Shown in pieces: positions 25,766 to 34,366 of a DNA stretch of 48,411 bases. Positions within the stretch are counted from its first letter, which is position 1. Every line of letters starts with the position of its first letter. The stretch comes from Euryarchaeota archaeon RBG_13_57_23. GTDB lineage: Archaea; Thermoplasmatota; Thermoplasmata; UBA10834. The position numbers were made by a program, and so were the translations under genes. The notes under the pieces are model-generated. The model ran no database searches. It saw nothing but the letters and a program-made list of their open reading frames with translations, and was not told the origin of the DNA. The stretch lies in assembly GCA_001800675.1 (NCBI GenBank), contig MGVW01000016.1, forward strand, positions 7,686 through 56,096. Reading direction: 5' to 3'.

Positions 25766-27604
25766 ATGAGGGTACTCCTCATACACGCTGACAGGTTCGA
25801 ATACGAGGTCAGAGAACCCACGAAGATGGCGGAACCCCTCCCGGACAAACAGCCCAGAAAGCACTCGTTCGAGGAGGTCCTCGTCTCCTTCACGACCGTG
25901 GAGAACAGCGATGAGGACGTGACGACGATAGCTGAGGTCGCTGCCGCGGACCTCGCCGATGTGTTCTCGAGAGTCAAAGCCAAGAGGCTGGTGCTGTATC
26001 CCTATGCTCACCTGAGCCCGGATCTGGCACCTCCGAAGCTGGCAGTCGATGTCCTCAAGGCGGTCGAGCAGGCTCTGCGGGAGAAGGAGATTGATGTCCA
26101 CAGGTCTCCTTTCGGATGGTACAAGGGTTTCGAGATAAAGTGCAAGGGCCACCCCTTGTCTGAGCTCTCGAGAGAATACACAGCCGAGAAGAAGGTCACC
26201 CGCGAGGAGGTCGTTGAGAGCATCGAGAAGACCTTCTACATCCTCACACCAGATGGCCAGGAACACCCCCTGGACGTCGAGAAGGCAGAGTCGATGCAAC
26301 TTCTAGACAAGTACCCGTCTCTCAAGACCTTCATCATTTCTGAGGAGATCGGTCGCAAGAAGGGAGAGGAGCCGCCCTCCATCAAGGCCATGCAGCGGCT
26401 CGAGCTGGTCGACTATGAGGAAGCGAGCGACCGAGGGCACTTCAGGATGTTTCCGAAGGGGCACCTGATCTTCAAGCTGCTGGAGGAGTGGGCGGAATGG
26501 ATCGCGCTGGAGAAGATCGGGGCTATCCAGATCGACACTCCCATTCTCTATGATTGGTCCTACCCAGATATCAAGAGCCAGGGCATTTCGTTCCACGAGA
26601 GGCACTACACGCTCAAGACGGAGGAGAACAGAGAGTTCGTCCTCAGGTTCGCCGGAGACTTCGGGCTCTTCAGGATGATGAAGGGGGCCACATTGAGCTA
26701 CAGGAACCTTCCGCTCCGCATCTACGAGTTCTCCAAGAGCTTCCGGCTAGAACAGCGCGGGGAGCTGACGGGCCTGAAGAGACTGAGAGCGTTCCACATG
26801 CCAGACATACACTGCTTCACGAAGGACATCGAGGATGGCTGGAGAGAGTACATGCTCCTCTACAGGAACTACGCTGATCTAGCAGACGCCACCGGCGTCG
26901 AGTACGCGGTCGCATTCAGAATCGTCAAGGAATTCTACGACAAGTACAAGCAGAACATCGTCGAGCTCTTGAAGTACTCCAACAGACCGGCATTGATAGA
27001 AGTCCTCTCCGAGATGAAGCACTACTGGGCCGTCAAACACGAGTTCCAAGGCATAGATGCGGTTGGCGGAGCGGTCCAGCTCAGCACAGTCCAGCTGGAC
27101 GTCGCGGACGCCGAGCGGTACGGCATCGTGTACGCGGACCAGGACGGCAGGAAGAAAGGCTGCATCATTTGCCATTCATCAATAGGCTCGATAGAGAGAT
27201 GGATATACATGCTTCTGGAGGAGGCCCTGAAGCATGAGAAGCCATCGCTGCCATTCTGGATCTCGCCGACTCAGATCAGGCTCATACCTGTAGGACCCGC
27301 GTTCATACCCGAGTGCGAGAAGCTCTCGAAGGAACTGCGCGCGAGAGTTGACATCGATGACATGGACGACAAGGTCGGGAAGAAGATACGTAACGCCGAG
27401 ATGGAATGGATACCGATGATCATCGTCGTAGGCGAGAAAGAGAAATCATCTGGACAGTTCCCCGTCAGGCTCAGGAGCGGGGAGCAGAAAATGATGACGC
27501 TCGAGCAGCTGAAAGCCGAGGTGGAGCGCTTGTCAAAGGACTACCCGACCGCAAAACTTCCCCTTCCGGCACACCTCTCCAAGAGGCCGACCTTCAGAGG
27601 ATAA
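25766..27604 (+). CDS. thrS: Threonyl-tRNA synthetase, archaeal type with an N-terminal editing domain
   Basis: MRVLLIHADRFEYEV N-terminal archaeal editing-domain signature, class II core (FRxE-like RLEQRGELTGLKRLRAFHMPD), and a C-terminal anticodon-binding domain. Confidence 0.92.
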   Translation: MRVLLIHADRFEYEVREPTKMAEPLPDKQPRKHSFEEVLVSFTTVENSDEDVTTIAEVAAADLADVFSRVKAKRLVLYPYAHLSPDLAPPKLAVDVLKAVEQALREKEIDVHRSPFGWYKGFEIKCKGHPLSELSREYTAEKKVTREEVVESIEKTFYILTPDGQEHPLDVEKAESMQLLDKYPSLKTFIISEEIGRKKGEEPPSIKAMQRLELVDYEEASDRGHFRMFPKGHLIFKLLEEWAEWIALEKIGAIQIDTPILYDWSYPDIKSQGISFHERHYTLKTEENREFVLRFAGDFGLFRMMKGATLSYRNLPLRIYEFSKSFRLEQRGELTGLKRLRAFHMPDIHCFTKDIEDGWREYMLLYRNYADLADATGVEYAVAFRIVKEFYDKYKQNIVELLKYSNRPALIEVLSEMKHYWAVKHEFQGIDAVGGAVQLSTVQLDVADAERYGIVYADQDGRKKGCIICHSSIGSIERWIYMLLEEALKHEKPSLPFWISPTQIRLIPVGPAFIPECEKLSKELRARVDIDDMDDKVGKKIRNAEMEWIPMIIVVGEKEKSSGQFPVRLRSGEQKMMTLEQLKAEVERLSKDYPTAKLPLPAHLSKRPTFRG

Positions 27605-27613
27605 GCTGAAGGA

Positions 27614-28243
27614 TCACCTGTTGTCCGCGTCACCCCATATGAACTTGTGCAGCTGCGGAAGCACCCTGACGTTGAGATTCGCCTTGAGTACCTTCTCGGC
27701 CAGGGACTTGAGTTCCTTGCCGCCAACGGGTGTGAAAATCACCTCGCACTTCGGCGAGTATTCCTCGAGGACCTTCTTGGCGTAGGCGTAGTCCACATCG
27801 TCCGCGATTATGAATTTCAGCTGGTCCGTCGGTCCCAGGAGCTCAAGATTCTTGAATATCATCTTGTCGGCCTCTCCTGACGAAGGGCACTTTATGTCCA
27901 TGCTGATCGTCAGGTTCTCTACGCACGGCAGCTCGTCCAGCGACATTGCCCCGTTCGTTTCCAGGACCACACGATACCCTTCATCAAGGAGCATCACGAG
28001 CAGCTTTGGAGTTTCCTTCTGCGCCATCGGCTCCCCGCCCGTGAGACAGACATGCCTGCACCTGTGCTTCGCAACCTTCTTCATGACCTGGTCAAGAGTC
28101 ATCTCCTCGCCCTTGTCAAAGGCCTGGGGTGTGTCACAGTATGTGCACCTGAGCGGGCATCCTGAAGTCCTGATGAATGCGGTCGGAGCGCCTATCGTCA
28201 GCCCTTCTCCTTGGAGCGACTTGAAGATCGAATACACCTTCAT
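27614..28243 (-). CDS. queE: 7-carboxy-7-deazaguanine synthase (radical SAM)
   Basis: SLQGEG...FIRTSGCPLRCTYCDT cluster motif. About 209 aa. In an operon with queC and queD. Confidence 0.85.
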   Translation of the reverse strand: MKVYSIFKSLQGEGLTIGAPTAFIRTSGCPLRCTYCDTPQAFDKGEEMTLDQVMKKVAKHRCRHVCLTGGEPMAQKETPKLLVMLLDEGYRVVLETNGAMSLDELPCVENLTISMDIKCPSSGEADKMIFKNLELLGPTDQLKFIIADDVDYAYAKKVLEEYSPKCEVIFTPVGGKELKSLAEKVLKANLNVRVLPQLHKFIWGDADNR

Positions 28244-28944
28244 CCTCTCACCTCGTACTCGAGCGGATCCTCAATGCCAGCATCCGCGAACCCTTGAAGC
28301 CTCAGGAGACAGGAATCGCACTTCCCGCACGCCTTCACACCACCTTCGTAGCAGCTCCAGGTCAGCTCGAGCGGAACCCGGAGTCTCACGGCCTCTCTGA
28401 TTATCTCCGCCTTGGACTTGTCGAGGACGGGGGCGAACACCCTGATAGACCTGCCCTCTTTGCCTGCCTTCGTGCCCACATCGATCGTCTTCTGGAACGC
28501 GGCGATGAATTCTGGAGTACAGTCCGGGTATCCGCTGAAGTCCACTGAATTTGCTGCGATGAAGACCGCGTCTGCCCCTCTGCTTTCGGCGATCGAGGAT
28601 GCGATGCCAAGGAAGATGATGTTCCTCGAGGGGACGTAAGTGCTGGGTATGCCCTTCCCGATGTCGTTCTTACTCCTGCCTTTTGGGATGGAAACGGAGC
28701 CGTTCGTGAGGGAGCTCTTCAGCAGCTTCCCGAGGTTCAAGGGGACTATGATGTGTTCCTTCACCTTGAAATGCTTGGCAATCCTGCGGGCGCTGTTGAG
28801 TTCTCGCCTGTGCTTCTGTCCATAATCGAATGTCAACGCGACGATTTCGTATCCGCTATCCCTGGCCATCGCAAGTACGGTGGAGGAATCCAGTCCCCCC
28901 GAGAGAAGCACAACCGCCTCACCCATACCATCACCTGAGATCAA
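28240..28944 (-). CDS. queC: 7-cyano-7-deazaguanine (preQ0) synthase
   Basis: VVLLSGGLDSST PP-loop and the C-terminal Zn cluster CYEGG...CGKCDSCLLR. 4-nt overlaps with both neighbours. Confidence 0.9.
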   Translation of the reverse strand: MISGDGMGEAVVLLSGGLDSSTVLAMARDSGYEIVALTFDYGQKHRRELNSARRIAKHFKVKEHIIVPLNLGKLLKSSLTNGSVSIPKGRSKNDIGKGIPSTYVPSRNIIFLGIASSIAESRGADAVFIAANSVDFSGYPDCTPEFIAAFQKTIDVGTKAGKEGRSIRVFAPVLDKSKAEIIREAVRLRVPLELTWSCYEGGVKACGKCDSCLLRLQGFADAGIEDPLEYEVRG

Positions 28945-29408
28945 AGGTCGGTTCCTGTCCAGGCGCCCTGTCCTCTACCCTCGTCGACCCCTATCTCGAT
29001 CCTTCGGACATTCTTCGGGAACTTGACCTTCTGCAGGAGACGACGCAGGACGAACTCGGCAAGAGTCTCTGCCGATGCTACCTCGATGTCCAGTAGGATG
29101 CAGTCGCACAGGGGCAGCTTGAACTCCTTGTCGCCCAGTCTATAGAACACGTAATCCTTCACGACAGTGACTCTGGGATCCTTCTTTGGGATCAGAACCC
29201 TGTGATCGAGCTCCGAAGCAATGCCCCTCAAGAACTCCTTCACGCTGATGAAATCCATGATGATCCCATCCTTGCCGATCTCTCCCTCGATCACGGTGTT
29301 GATGGCGTAGTCATGACCGTGAAGCCGGCCGCATTTCTTGTGCATAGGGATTATGTGCGTCCCCGAGAAAGTGATCTTCGAGGTCCAGCCATTGATTTCC
29401 AGCCTCAT
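28941..29408 (-). CDS. queD: 6-carboxy-5,6,7,8-tetrahydropterin synthase (PTPS family)
   Basis: FSGTHIIP...CGRLHGHDY active-site pattern. 155 aa. Confidence 0.85.
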   Translation of the reverse strand: MRLEINGWTSKITFSGTHIIPMHKKCGRLHGHDYAINTVIEGEIGKDGIIMDFISVKEFLRGIASELDHRVLIPKKDPRVTVVKDYVFYRLGDKEFKLPLCDCILLDIEVASAETLAEFVLRRLLQKVKFPKNVRRIEIGVDEGRGQGAWTGTDL

Positions 29409-29442
29409 CTCTGAACGGATAGCGAAGGAGCACTAAATAGTT

Positions 29443-30219
29443 TCAGGCGCGAGGGCGCCTGAGAACGCCAGTCCCTGCCAGTCCAGCAGCGATCATCACC
29501 GAGTCCGAGAAGTCCGACTTTGCCCTGGAGGTGTCGACGAACACCCTGTCGAGGTTGACCACAGGTGCCCCGAACGCCTTTCCCCCGCCGACGAAGTAGA
29601 TCGAACGGAATATGAGGTTTCCAGATACGCCATCAGGGGCGACGATGATGTCGCAGTCCTTGAGAGCGTCCTCGATCAGGATACCGTAGTGCCTGGCAGC
29701 ATGTCCCTTGCCTCTGAGCTTCTTCGCGAGCAGCTCACCCTCTTCGACGCTGGTCCTGATCTCCTCTCCGCGGCCGACATCTTCCAGCCTGCCCTTGGAG
29801 AGGACCCCTATCTTCGGTTTCCAGCGGATCCTCGAGAAGTAAGCGATGGTGTTCTCGACGAGATCCAGCCGAGCATCGACCGTCAAGCCCTCGTCGATCC
29901 CGACGGGCGTGAGCAGGAAGTTCTTCTTCTGAGCGCTCTCCATGATCGCGGTCCGCATGATGCGGTTGAGCCCGAATTCGAGCCTGAGGCTTCGCAGAGC
30001 CTCTCCAGAGCTGAGGGTGCCTCTCACCGCCGCGTCCAGCTCTGAGTCCTTGAGGGCGTGTACGAGCTCCTTCGTGTTCGTGAATCGAACCAGGCGCACT
30101 TCGCACCCGAGCCTGGAAAGATGCTTCAAAGTATCTCCATGAAGCTTTCTCGAGGCCCCAATTCCAATCTTTGCAGTTGAATCGCAACCACAAGACAGCA
30201 GCTTAGCGACATCGATCAC
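29443..30219 (-). CDS. Short PTA/PTB/PlsX-superfamily protein (MtxX-like phosphate acyltransferase fold), function unknown
   Basis: DIIVAPDGVSGNLIFRS matches the PDxxxGN motif of phosphate acetyl/butyryl-transferases. At 258 aa it is much shorter than Pta. Confidence 0.5.
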   Translation of the reverse strand: MIDVAKLLSCGCDSTAKIGIGASRKLHGDTLKHLSRLGCEVRLVRFTNTKELVHALKDSELDAAVRGTLSSGEALRSLRLEFGLNRIMRTAIMESAQKKNFLLTPVGIDEGLTVDARLDLVENTIAYFSRIRWKPKIGVLSKGRLEDVGRGEEIRTSVEEGELLAKKLRGKGHAARHYGILIEDALKDCDIIVAPDGVSGNLIFRSIYFVGGGKAFGAPVVNLDRVFVDTSRAKSDFSDSVMIAAGLAGTGVLRRPRA

Positions 30220-30235
30220 AGGAAGTAGGCCCTCC

Positions 30236-31231
30236 TCAGAACTCGTCCTCGGTCATCTGGTCGAAAGTGTAGTTCTCCCACTTGCGCACTCCCAGAACTA
30301 TCTCGAGTTCCTGAGGTGTGAGAAGCGGCCTATCGTACATGGCCATGTCGTCTATCGCAATCCTAGGGCACGCCGTGGAAACATATGCATCGAACCCGAG
30401 CGACTTCAACTTGTCAGGGTCGAACTTGTCCATGAGTATGAGAGCGGCGTCCTTCTTCTTCCACCGGAGGAGTTTCCTCAGTTCCCTAGCCCTTCTGATC
30501 CTCCTCTGCCCCAGCTTCTCGCCCACGATGATGCCGAAGCTCCTGGCACGCTCGGCCTTCTCGATGACCGCGTGCCTCTGCCGCAGTATCTTGTCCTTGA
30601 CCTGGTCGATCTCCTTCGGCTCCTCCAGATTAGGGTCAAGGACGACCACCTTCTTTCCCGTTGCGAGGTGCACGCCAAGCGCGTGGAATGTGCCGCTCCC
30701 TATGAGCAGGTAACTGTTAACCTCCTTCACGATGCCAGTCGCAGCCGTGAAGTTGCACCCGAGGACCTCGCCCACATGGGAGAGCCTGCTGTCCCCCTCG
30801 GCGACCTTCATTTTGATGCCCATGCTCTCGAGACCTTCGATGACATCGTCCAGCTCGAAGAGGTGCTGCGATGTGGCGAGCACGCCTACGGGCTCCTGCA
30901 ACAGACCCACTGATTTCTTCAGCTGGTCCGCAAGGGGCACGCGCGATTTCGCCGGGACGAATATCACCGGCTTTGAGAATTTCATGGATGGAATCGGCGA
31001 GTGGCCAACGTTCACGACCGCATCGACCATGTCGAACAGCGAGCTGGGGACATCGCATGCGCCGAAGCAGGGCTCGGCCACCACGAGGACTTCGGCACCA
31101 GTCTTGTTCTCAAGGTCTCCAGCCAGCTGATACGCTCGCTTCTTCAGCCCCTCCGGTACCTGAAGCGCAATCATCCTCGCCTTGAGCCTCTTGATCTCAG
31201 ATATCGCACTCGCGAGATCGATATCATACAT
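30236..31231 (-). CDS. dph2: Diphthamide synthesis radical-SAM enzyme Dph2 (2-(3-amino-3-carboxypropyl)histidine synthase)
   Basis: MYDIDL...ALQVPEGLK...EPCFGACD pattern. The ATG at 31231 is preferred over the listed 31282, because a TTTTTATCG TATA-like box lies at ~31300-31308. Confidence 0.85.
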   Translation of the reverse strand: MYDIDLASAISEIKRLKARMIALQVPEGLKKRAYQLAGDLENKTGAEVLVVAEPCFGACDVPSSLFDMVDAVVNVGHSPIPSMKFSKPVIFVPAKSRVPLADQLKKSVGLLQEPVGVLATSQHLFELDDVIEGLESMGIKMKVAEGDSRLSHVGEVLGCNFTAATGIVKEVNSYLLIGSGTFHALGVHLATGKKVVVLDPNLEEPKEIDQVKDKILRQRHAVIEKAERARSFGIIVGEKLGQRRIRRARELRKLLRWKKKDAALILMDKFDPDKLKSLGFDAYVSTACPRIAIDDMAMYDRPLLTPQELEIVLGVRKWENYTFDQMTEDEF

Positions 31232-31351
31232 GCCTGAAGTCAACCTCGGACTCTCCAGCCTTCCCCACACACGATGGAACAAAACCAGAGCGAAGGGAGT
31301 AGAGGTACAGACGATAAAAAGATTGTGCGGTATTCGAGGCTCTGGGTCCGT

Positions 31352-31867
31352 CTATGCCGCTGCGGACGTGCCCCTCTCTACCTCGATGTAGCAGGGGGAC
31401 GGTAGCTTGATCGCGGCCCGCTTCAATGCGAGCTTGGCGTGTGCGAGGTTCGCCTGTGTGGTCTCGATTGTCATGATCCTTTGGTCTGCCTTGACCCTCG
31501 CGGCAGTGCCCACGGGCTTGCCGAAGGCGGCCCTCATGCCATCGGAGATACGGTCCGCTCCTGCGCCCGTGGCGATTTTGTTCTCCCTGATGATGTTGTG
31601 CGGAAAGACCCTGATCTTGAGATGATATGCATTGGCCGGGATCTTCTTCGCGAGATACCTGTTGGCCGATATACGCGCGGACTCCAGCGCTATGTGCCTG
31701 ATTTGGCACTGCTCCGTAACCCTGAGTGTCATCCGGACCGCGTAGTCTCCCTTAGTTCCATGCTCGAATTGCGTGATCCTTGACGACGGTACGCCGCCCA
31801 TGTACTCTCTCCGGCAGTAGGCCTGTCCTTTGATCTCCCTGTACATGCTTCCGGGCTTGCGAGACAT
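31352..31867 (-). CDS. rpl10e: 50S ribosomal protein L10e (uL16)
   Basis: MSRKPGSMYREIKGQAYCRREYMGGVPSSRITQFEHG is the conserved L10e N-terminus. 171 aa. Confidence 0.92.
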   Translation of the reverse strand: MSRKPGSMYREIKGQAYCRREYMGGVPSSRITQFEHGTKGDYAVRMTLRVTEQCQIRHIALESARISANRYLAKKIPANAYHLKIRVFPHNIIRENKIATGAGADRISDGMRAAFGKPVGTAARVKADQRIMTIETTQANLAHAKLALKRAAIKLPSPCYIEVERGTSAAA

Positions 31868-32009
31868 GATGCCACCAGGTGTTCTACAGCCTCAGGTTTG
31901 CTGAGATACTGGTTATCGTATATAAACCTCACTGAGTACGCTTCGGGCATTGTGAGCGTGCTGGCCACGCAGACAAACATTATCTACGGTCATCCTGATT
32001 AGTGAGCTG

Positions 32010-32321
32010 ATGGGCAGGAGACATGTGGGAAAGCGGGACGCCAAGGATATCGCCCGTGAAAGGATAGAAACGCTGTTCGGGCTCGCGGAGAAGGAGGCCC
32101 TCGGCGGAAGCACCGCAAGGGCGAAGCGGTACGTCACACTCGCGATCCGACTCGGCGAGAGGCATAAGGTGCGGGCGGGACACAAGAGAACCTACTGCCC
32201 TTCCTGCTACGCGTTCTTCACTCCCCCGAAGAACCTCAGGGTGCGGACTCACAACGGGAAGGTTTCCATGACGTGCCTCGAGTGCGGACACATAATCCGG
32301 TATCCTGTCAAGCGGCCATGA
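32010..32321 (+). CDS. rnp4: RNase P protein component 4 (Rpp21/Rpr2 family)
   Basis: N-terminal helical ARERIETLFGLAEKE...RYVTLAIRLGERH followed by the zinc ribbon CPSC...CLECG. 103 aa. Confidence 0.8.
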   Translation: MGRRHVGKRDAKDIARERIETLFGLAEKEALGGSTARAKRYVTLAIRLGERHKVRAGHKRTYCPSCYAFFTPPKNLRVRTHNGKVSMTCLECGHIIRYPVKRP

Positions 32322-32331
32322 GTGTGATGAC

Positions 32332-32628
32332 TTGGACAAGAAGATGATAATCGAGCTGCGGGCGAGAGGACAGGCGCTACAGGCCACCGTGTATGTCGGC
32401 AAGGAAGGCATCACGGAGAAGGTGGTGGATGAGATATCCCGGCAACTGGACAAGCACAAGCTGGTCAAAGTCAAGCTCCTCCCCGCGGTGGAGCAAGACA
32501 GGAAGGAGGCGGCGCAGGAGCTCGCAGACAAGAGCTCTTCCGTGCTCGTTGAGGTCAGGGGAAGGACGGTACTGCTGGCCAAGGAGCAGCTCTCAACCAG
32601 AACTGGCCAGCATTTAAATATCGACTAG
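32332..32628 (+). CDS. YhbY/CRM-domain RNA-binding protein
   Basis: LRARGQALQATVYVGKEGITEKVVDEISRQLDKHKLVKVKLL matches the YhbY pattern. TTG start. Confidence 0.75.
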   Translation: MDKKMIIELRARGQALQATVYVGKEGITEKVVDEISRQLDKHKLVKVKLLPAVEQDRKEAAQELADKSSSVLVEVRGRTVLLAKEQLSTRTGQHLNID

Positions 32629-32662
32629 GTGATTGGTTCGAAAAAAGGAACAGTGGTATCGA

Positions 32663-33925
32663 ATGCTCGACGCTAGGTTCATCAGAGAAAACGAAGGCCT
32701 TGTGCGGCAGGCTTTCCAGAACCGACGCTACGATATCGCGATCCTCGAGGATTTCCTCGCGCTCGACAAGGCTTGGAGACAGCTCACAGAAGAGGGTAAC
32801 ACCCTGAGGAAGCAGCGCAACCAGGTCGCCGATGAGATCCCGAAGCTCCCAAAGGACAAGAAGGACGCCAAGATAGTCGAGATGAAGAAGATCGCGGACC
32901 GAATCAAGGTCATTGAATCCGAGGTCAAGAGCATCGAAGGGAAGAGGGACGAGTGCCTCCTCAACATCCCCAACGTACCGGATCCAAGCGTACCCGTTGG
33001 GCTTGCTGAGGAGGGAGATGTCTTCGTTAGAACCTGGGGAAATGTGCGCAAGTTCGATTTCAAACCGCTCAACCATTGGCAGATAGGCGAGAAGCTGGAC
33101 ATCATCGATTTCGACAGAGGGGCGAAGGTCACCGGGACCGGGTTCTATGTCCTCAAGGGGGACGGTGCGAGGCTGGAGCGCGCCCTGATCAACTTCATGC
33201 TCGACCTGCACCACGACCAGGGATACAAAGAGATCTTCCCGCCGGCCATCATAAACCGCAAGAGCTGCGTCGGCACTGGCCAGCTGCCCAAGATGCAGGA
33301 CGACATGTACTGGGTGGAACGAGACGACCTGTGGCTGAATCCGACAGCAGAGGTGCCCGTCACCAACCTCTACTCGGACGAGATACTCGATCGCAAACAG
33401 CTGCCGATCTATCACACAGCCTATCTCCCGTCTTTCAGAAGAGAGGCGGGGAAGCACATCGAGACCAAGGGCATTGCCCGAGTACATCAGTTCAACAAGG
33501 TCGAGCTCGTGAAGTTCGTGCTTCCCGAGACATCGCAGCAGGAGCTAGAGACCCTGCTTGCGGACGCGGAGGCTGTGACTCAGGGGCTCAAGCTCCCCTA
33601 CAGGATCCGACTGCTGTGCACCGGGAGCGTTGGATTCCACTCGTCGAAGACCTACGACATCGAGGCCTACGCGGCGGGTATGGATCAGTGGCTCGAGGTG
33701 TCCTCGTGCAGCGATTTCAAGGATTTCCAGGCGAGGAGAGCTATGATCAAGTTCAGGCGCGAACCGCATCTGAAGAGCGAGTTCGTGCACACGCTCAACG
33801 GGTCGGGGATAGCCCTTCCAAGGACGATGGTCGCCGTGCTGGAGAACTACCAGAATGCGGACGGCACCGTCACCGTGCCCGAGGTCCTGAGGCAGTACAT
33901 GAAGGGGACCGAGACGATCGGCTGA
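32663..33925 (+). CDS. serS: Seryl-tRNA synthetase
   Basis: MLDARFIRENE N-terminus, a coiled-coil arm, class II motifs (FRREAG, GSGIALPRTMVAVLENYQ). The ATG at 32663 is preferred over the listed TTG at 32633. Confidence 0.92.
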   Translation: MLDARFIRENEGLVRQAFQNRRYDIAILEDFLALDKAWRQLTEEGNTLRKQRNQVADEIPKLPKDKKDAKIVEMKKIADRIKVIESEVKSIEGKRDECLLNIPNVPDPSVPVGLAEEGDVFVRTWGNVRKFDFKPLNHWQIGEKLDIIDFDRGAKVTGTGFYVLKGDGARLERALINFMLDLHHDQGYKEIFPPAIINRKSCVGTGQLPKMQDDMYWVERDDLWLNPTAEVPVTNLYSDEILDRKQLPIYHTAYLPSFRREAGKHIETKGIARVHQFNKVELVKFVLPETSQQELETLLADAEAVTQGLKLPYRIRLLCTGSVGFHSSKTYDIEAYAAGMDQWLEVSSCSDFKDFQARRAMIKFRREPHLKSEFVHTLNGSGIALPRTMVAVLENYQNADGTVTVPEVLRQYMKGTETIG

Positions 33926-33960
33926 GAGCGTTCCTGCGTGTTCGGTTATCACTCATTCTC

Positions 33961-33986
33961 TCTCATTAATGAGAATCATGCATGAT
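33961..33986. promoter_or_regulatory. Two abutting perfect palindromes: TCTCATTAATGAGA (14 nt) and ATCATGCATGAT (12 nt)
   Basis: Read directly. They lie 36 nt downstream of the serS stop and about 15 nt upstream of a TATA-like CTTTATTTAT (34000-34009). Confidence 0.3.
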
Positions 33987-34048
33987 TGCCAGTGCTGTTC
34001 TTTATTTATCCGTCAGGGAGACCTGCTATCACGTGCGAGCAGGTTCCT

Positions 34049-34267
34049 ATGGTGAAAGACACGGTATTCGCAACACTCGTCGGAAGGGCGTTCCTCCACG
34101 AGCTTGACATGGGACACAGGGACTCTGCGATAGCCTTTGGGCGCGCGTTCCTCTTGGCTCTTGGAATGGAAGGGCTGGAGTCGGACACCGCCGGGAAGCC
34201 TTGCGGGGACCCCTGGTCGAAGCCCGCGCTCGCGGATTCTTGCAACACCGCTGAGAGCGGAGGTTAG
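34049..34267 (+). CDS. Possible small protein (72 aa) with an internal GRAFL repeat
   Basis: ATG lies about 40 nt downstream of the TATA-like box, and third positions are G/C-rich as in real genes. A 57-nt (19-codon) periodic repeat of GCGTTCCTC occurs at 34088 and 34145. No clear SD and no recognised family. Confidence 0.25.
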   Translation: MVKDTVFATLVGRAFLHELDMGHRDSAIAFGRAFLLALGMEGLESDTAGKPCGDPWSKPALADSCNTAESGG

Positions 34268-34366
34268 GTCCGGAGGCCGGGCCGAGCCTGCTCGCTGGAA
34301 AGTCGGATCGATCCGTATCTCTCGATGGGCCGTCCAACGGCCCAGGTCGAAGGGGGGATGCCCTGA

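Noticed and set aside
29443-30219. Using the MtxX/methanogen-marker-like PTA-fold protein to call the organism a methanogen
   Set aside because: The call rests on a single weakly assigned gene. No mcr, mtr or other methanogenesis genes are in the window, and free use of TAG stops argues against a Pyl-using methylotrophic methanogen.
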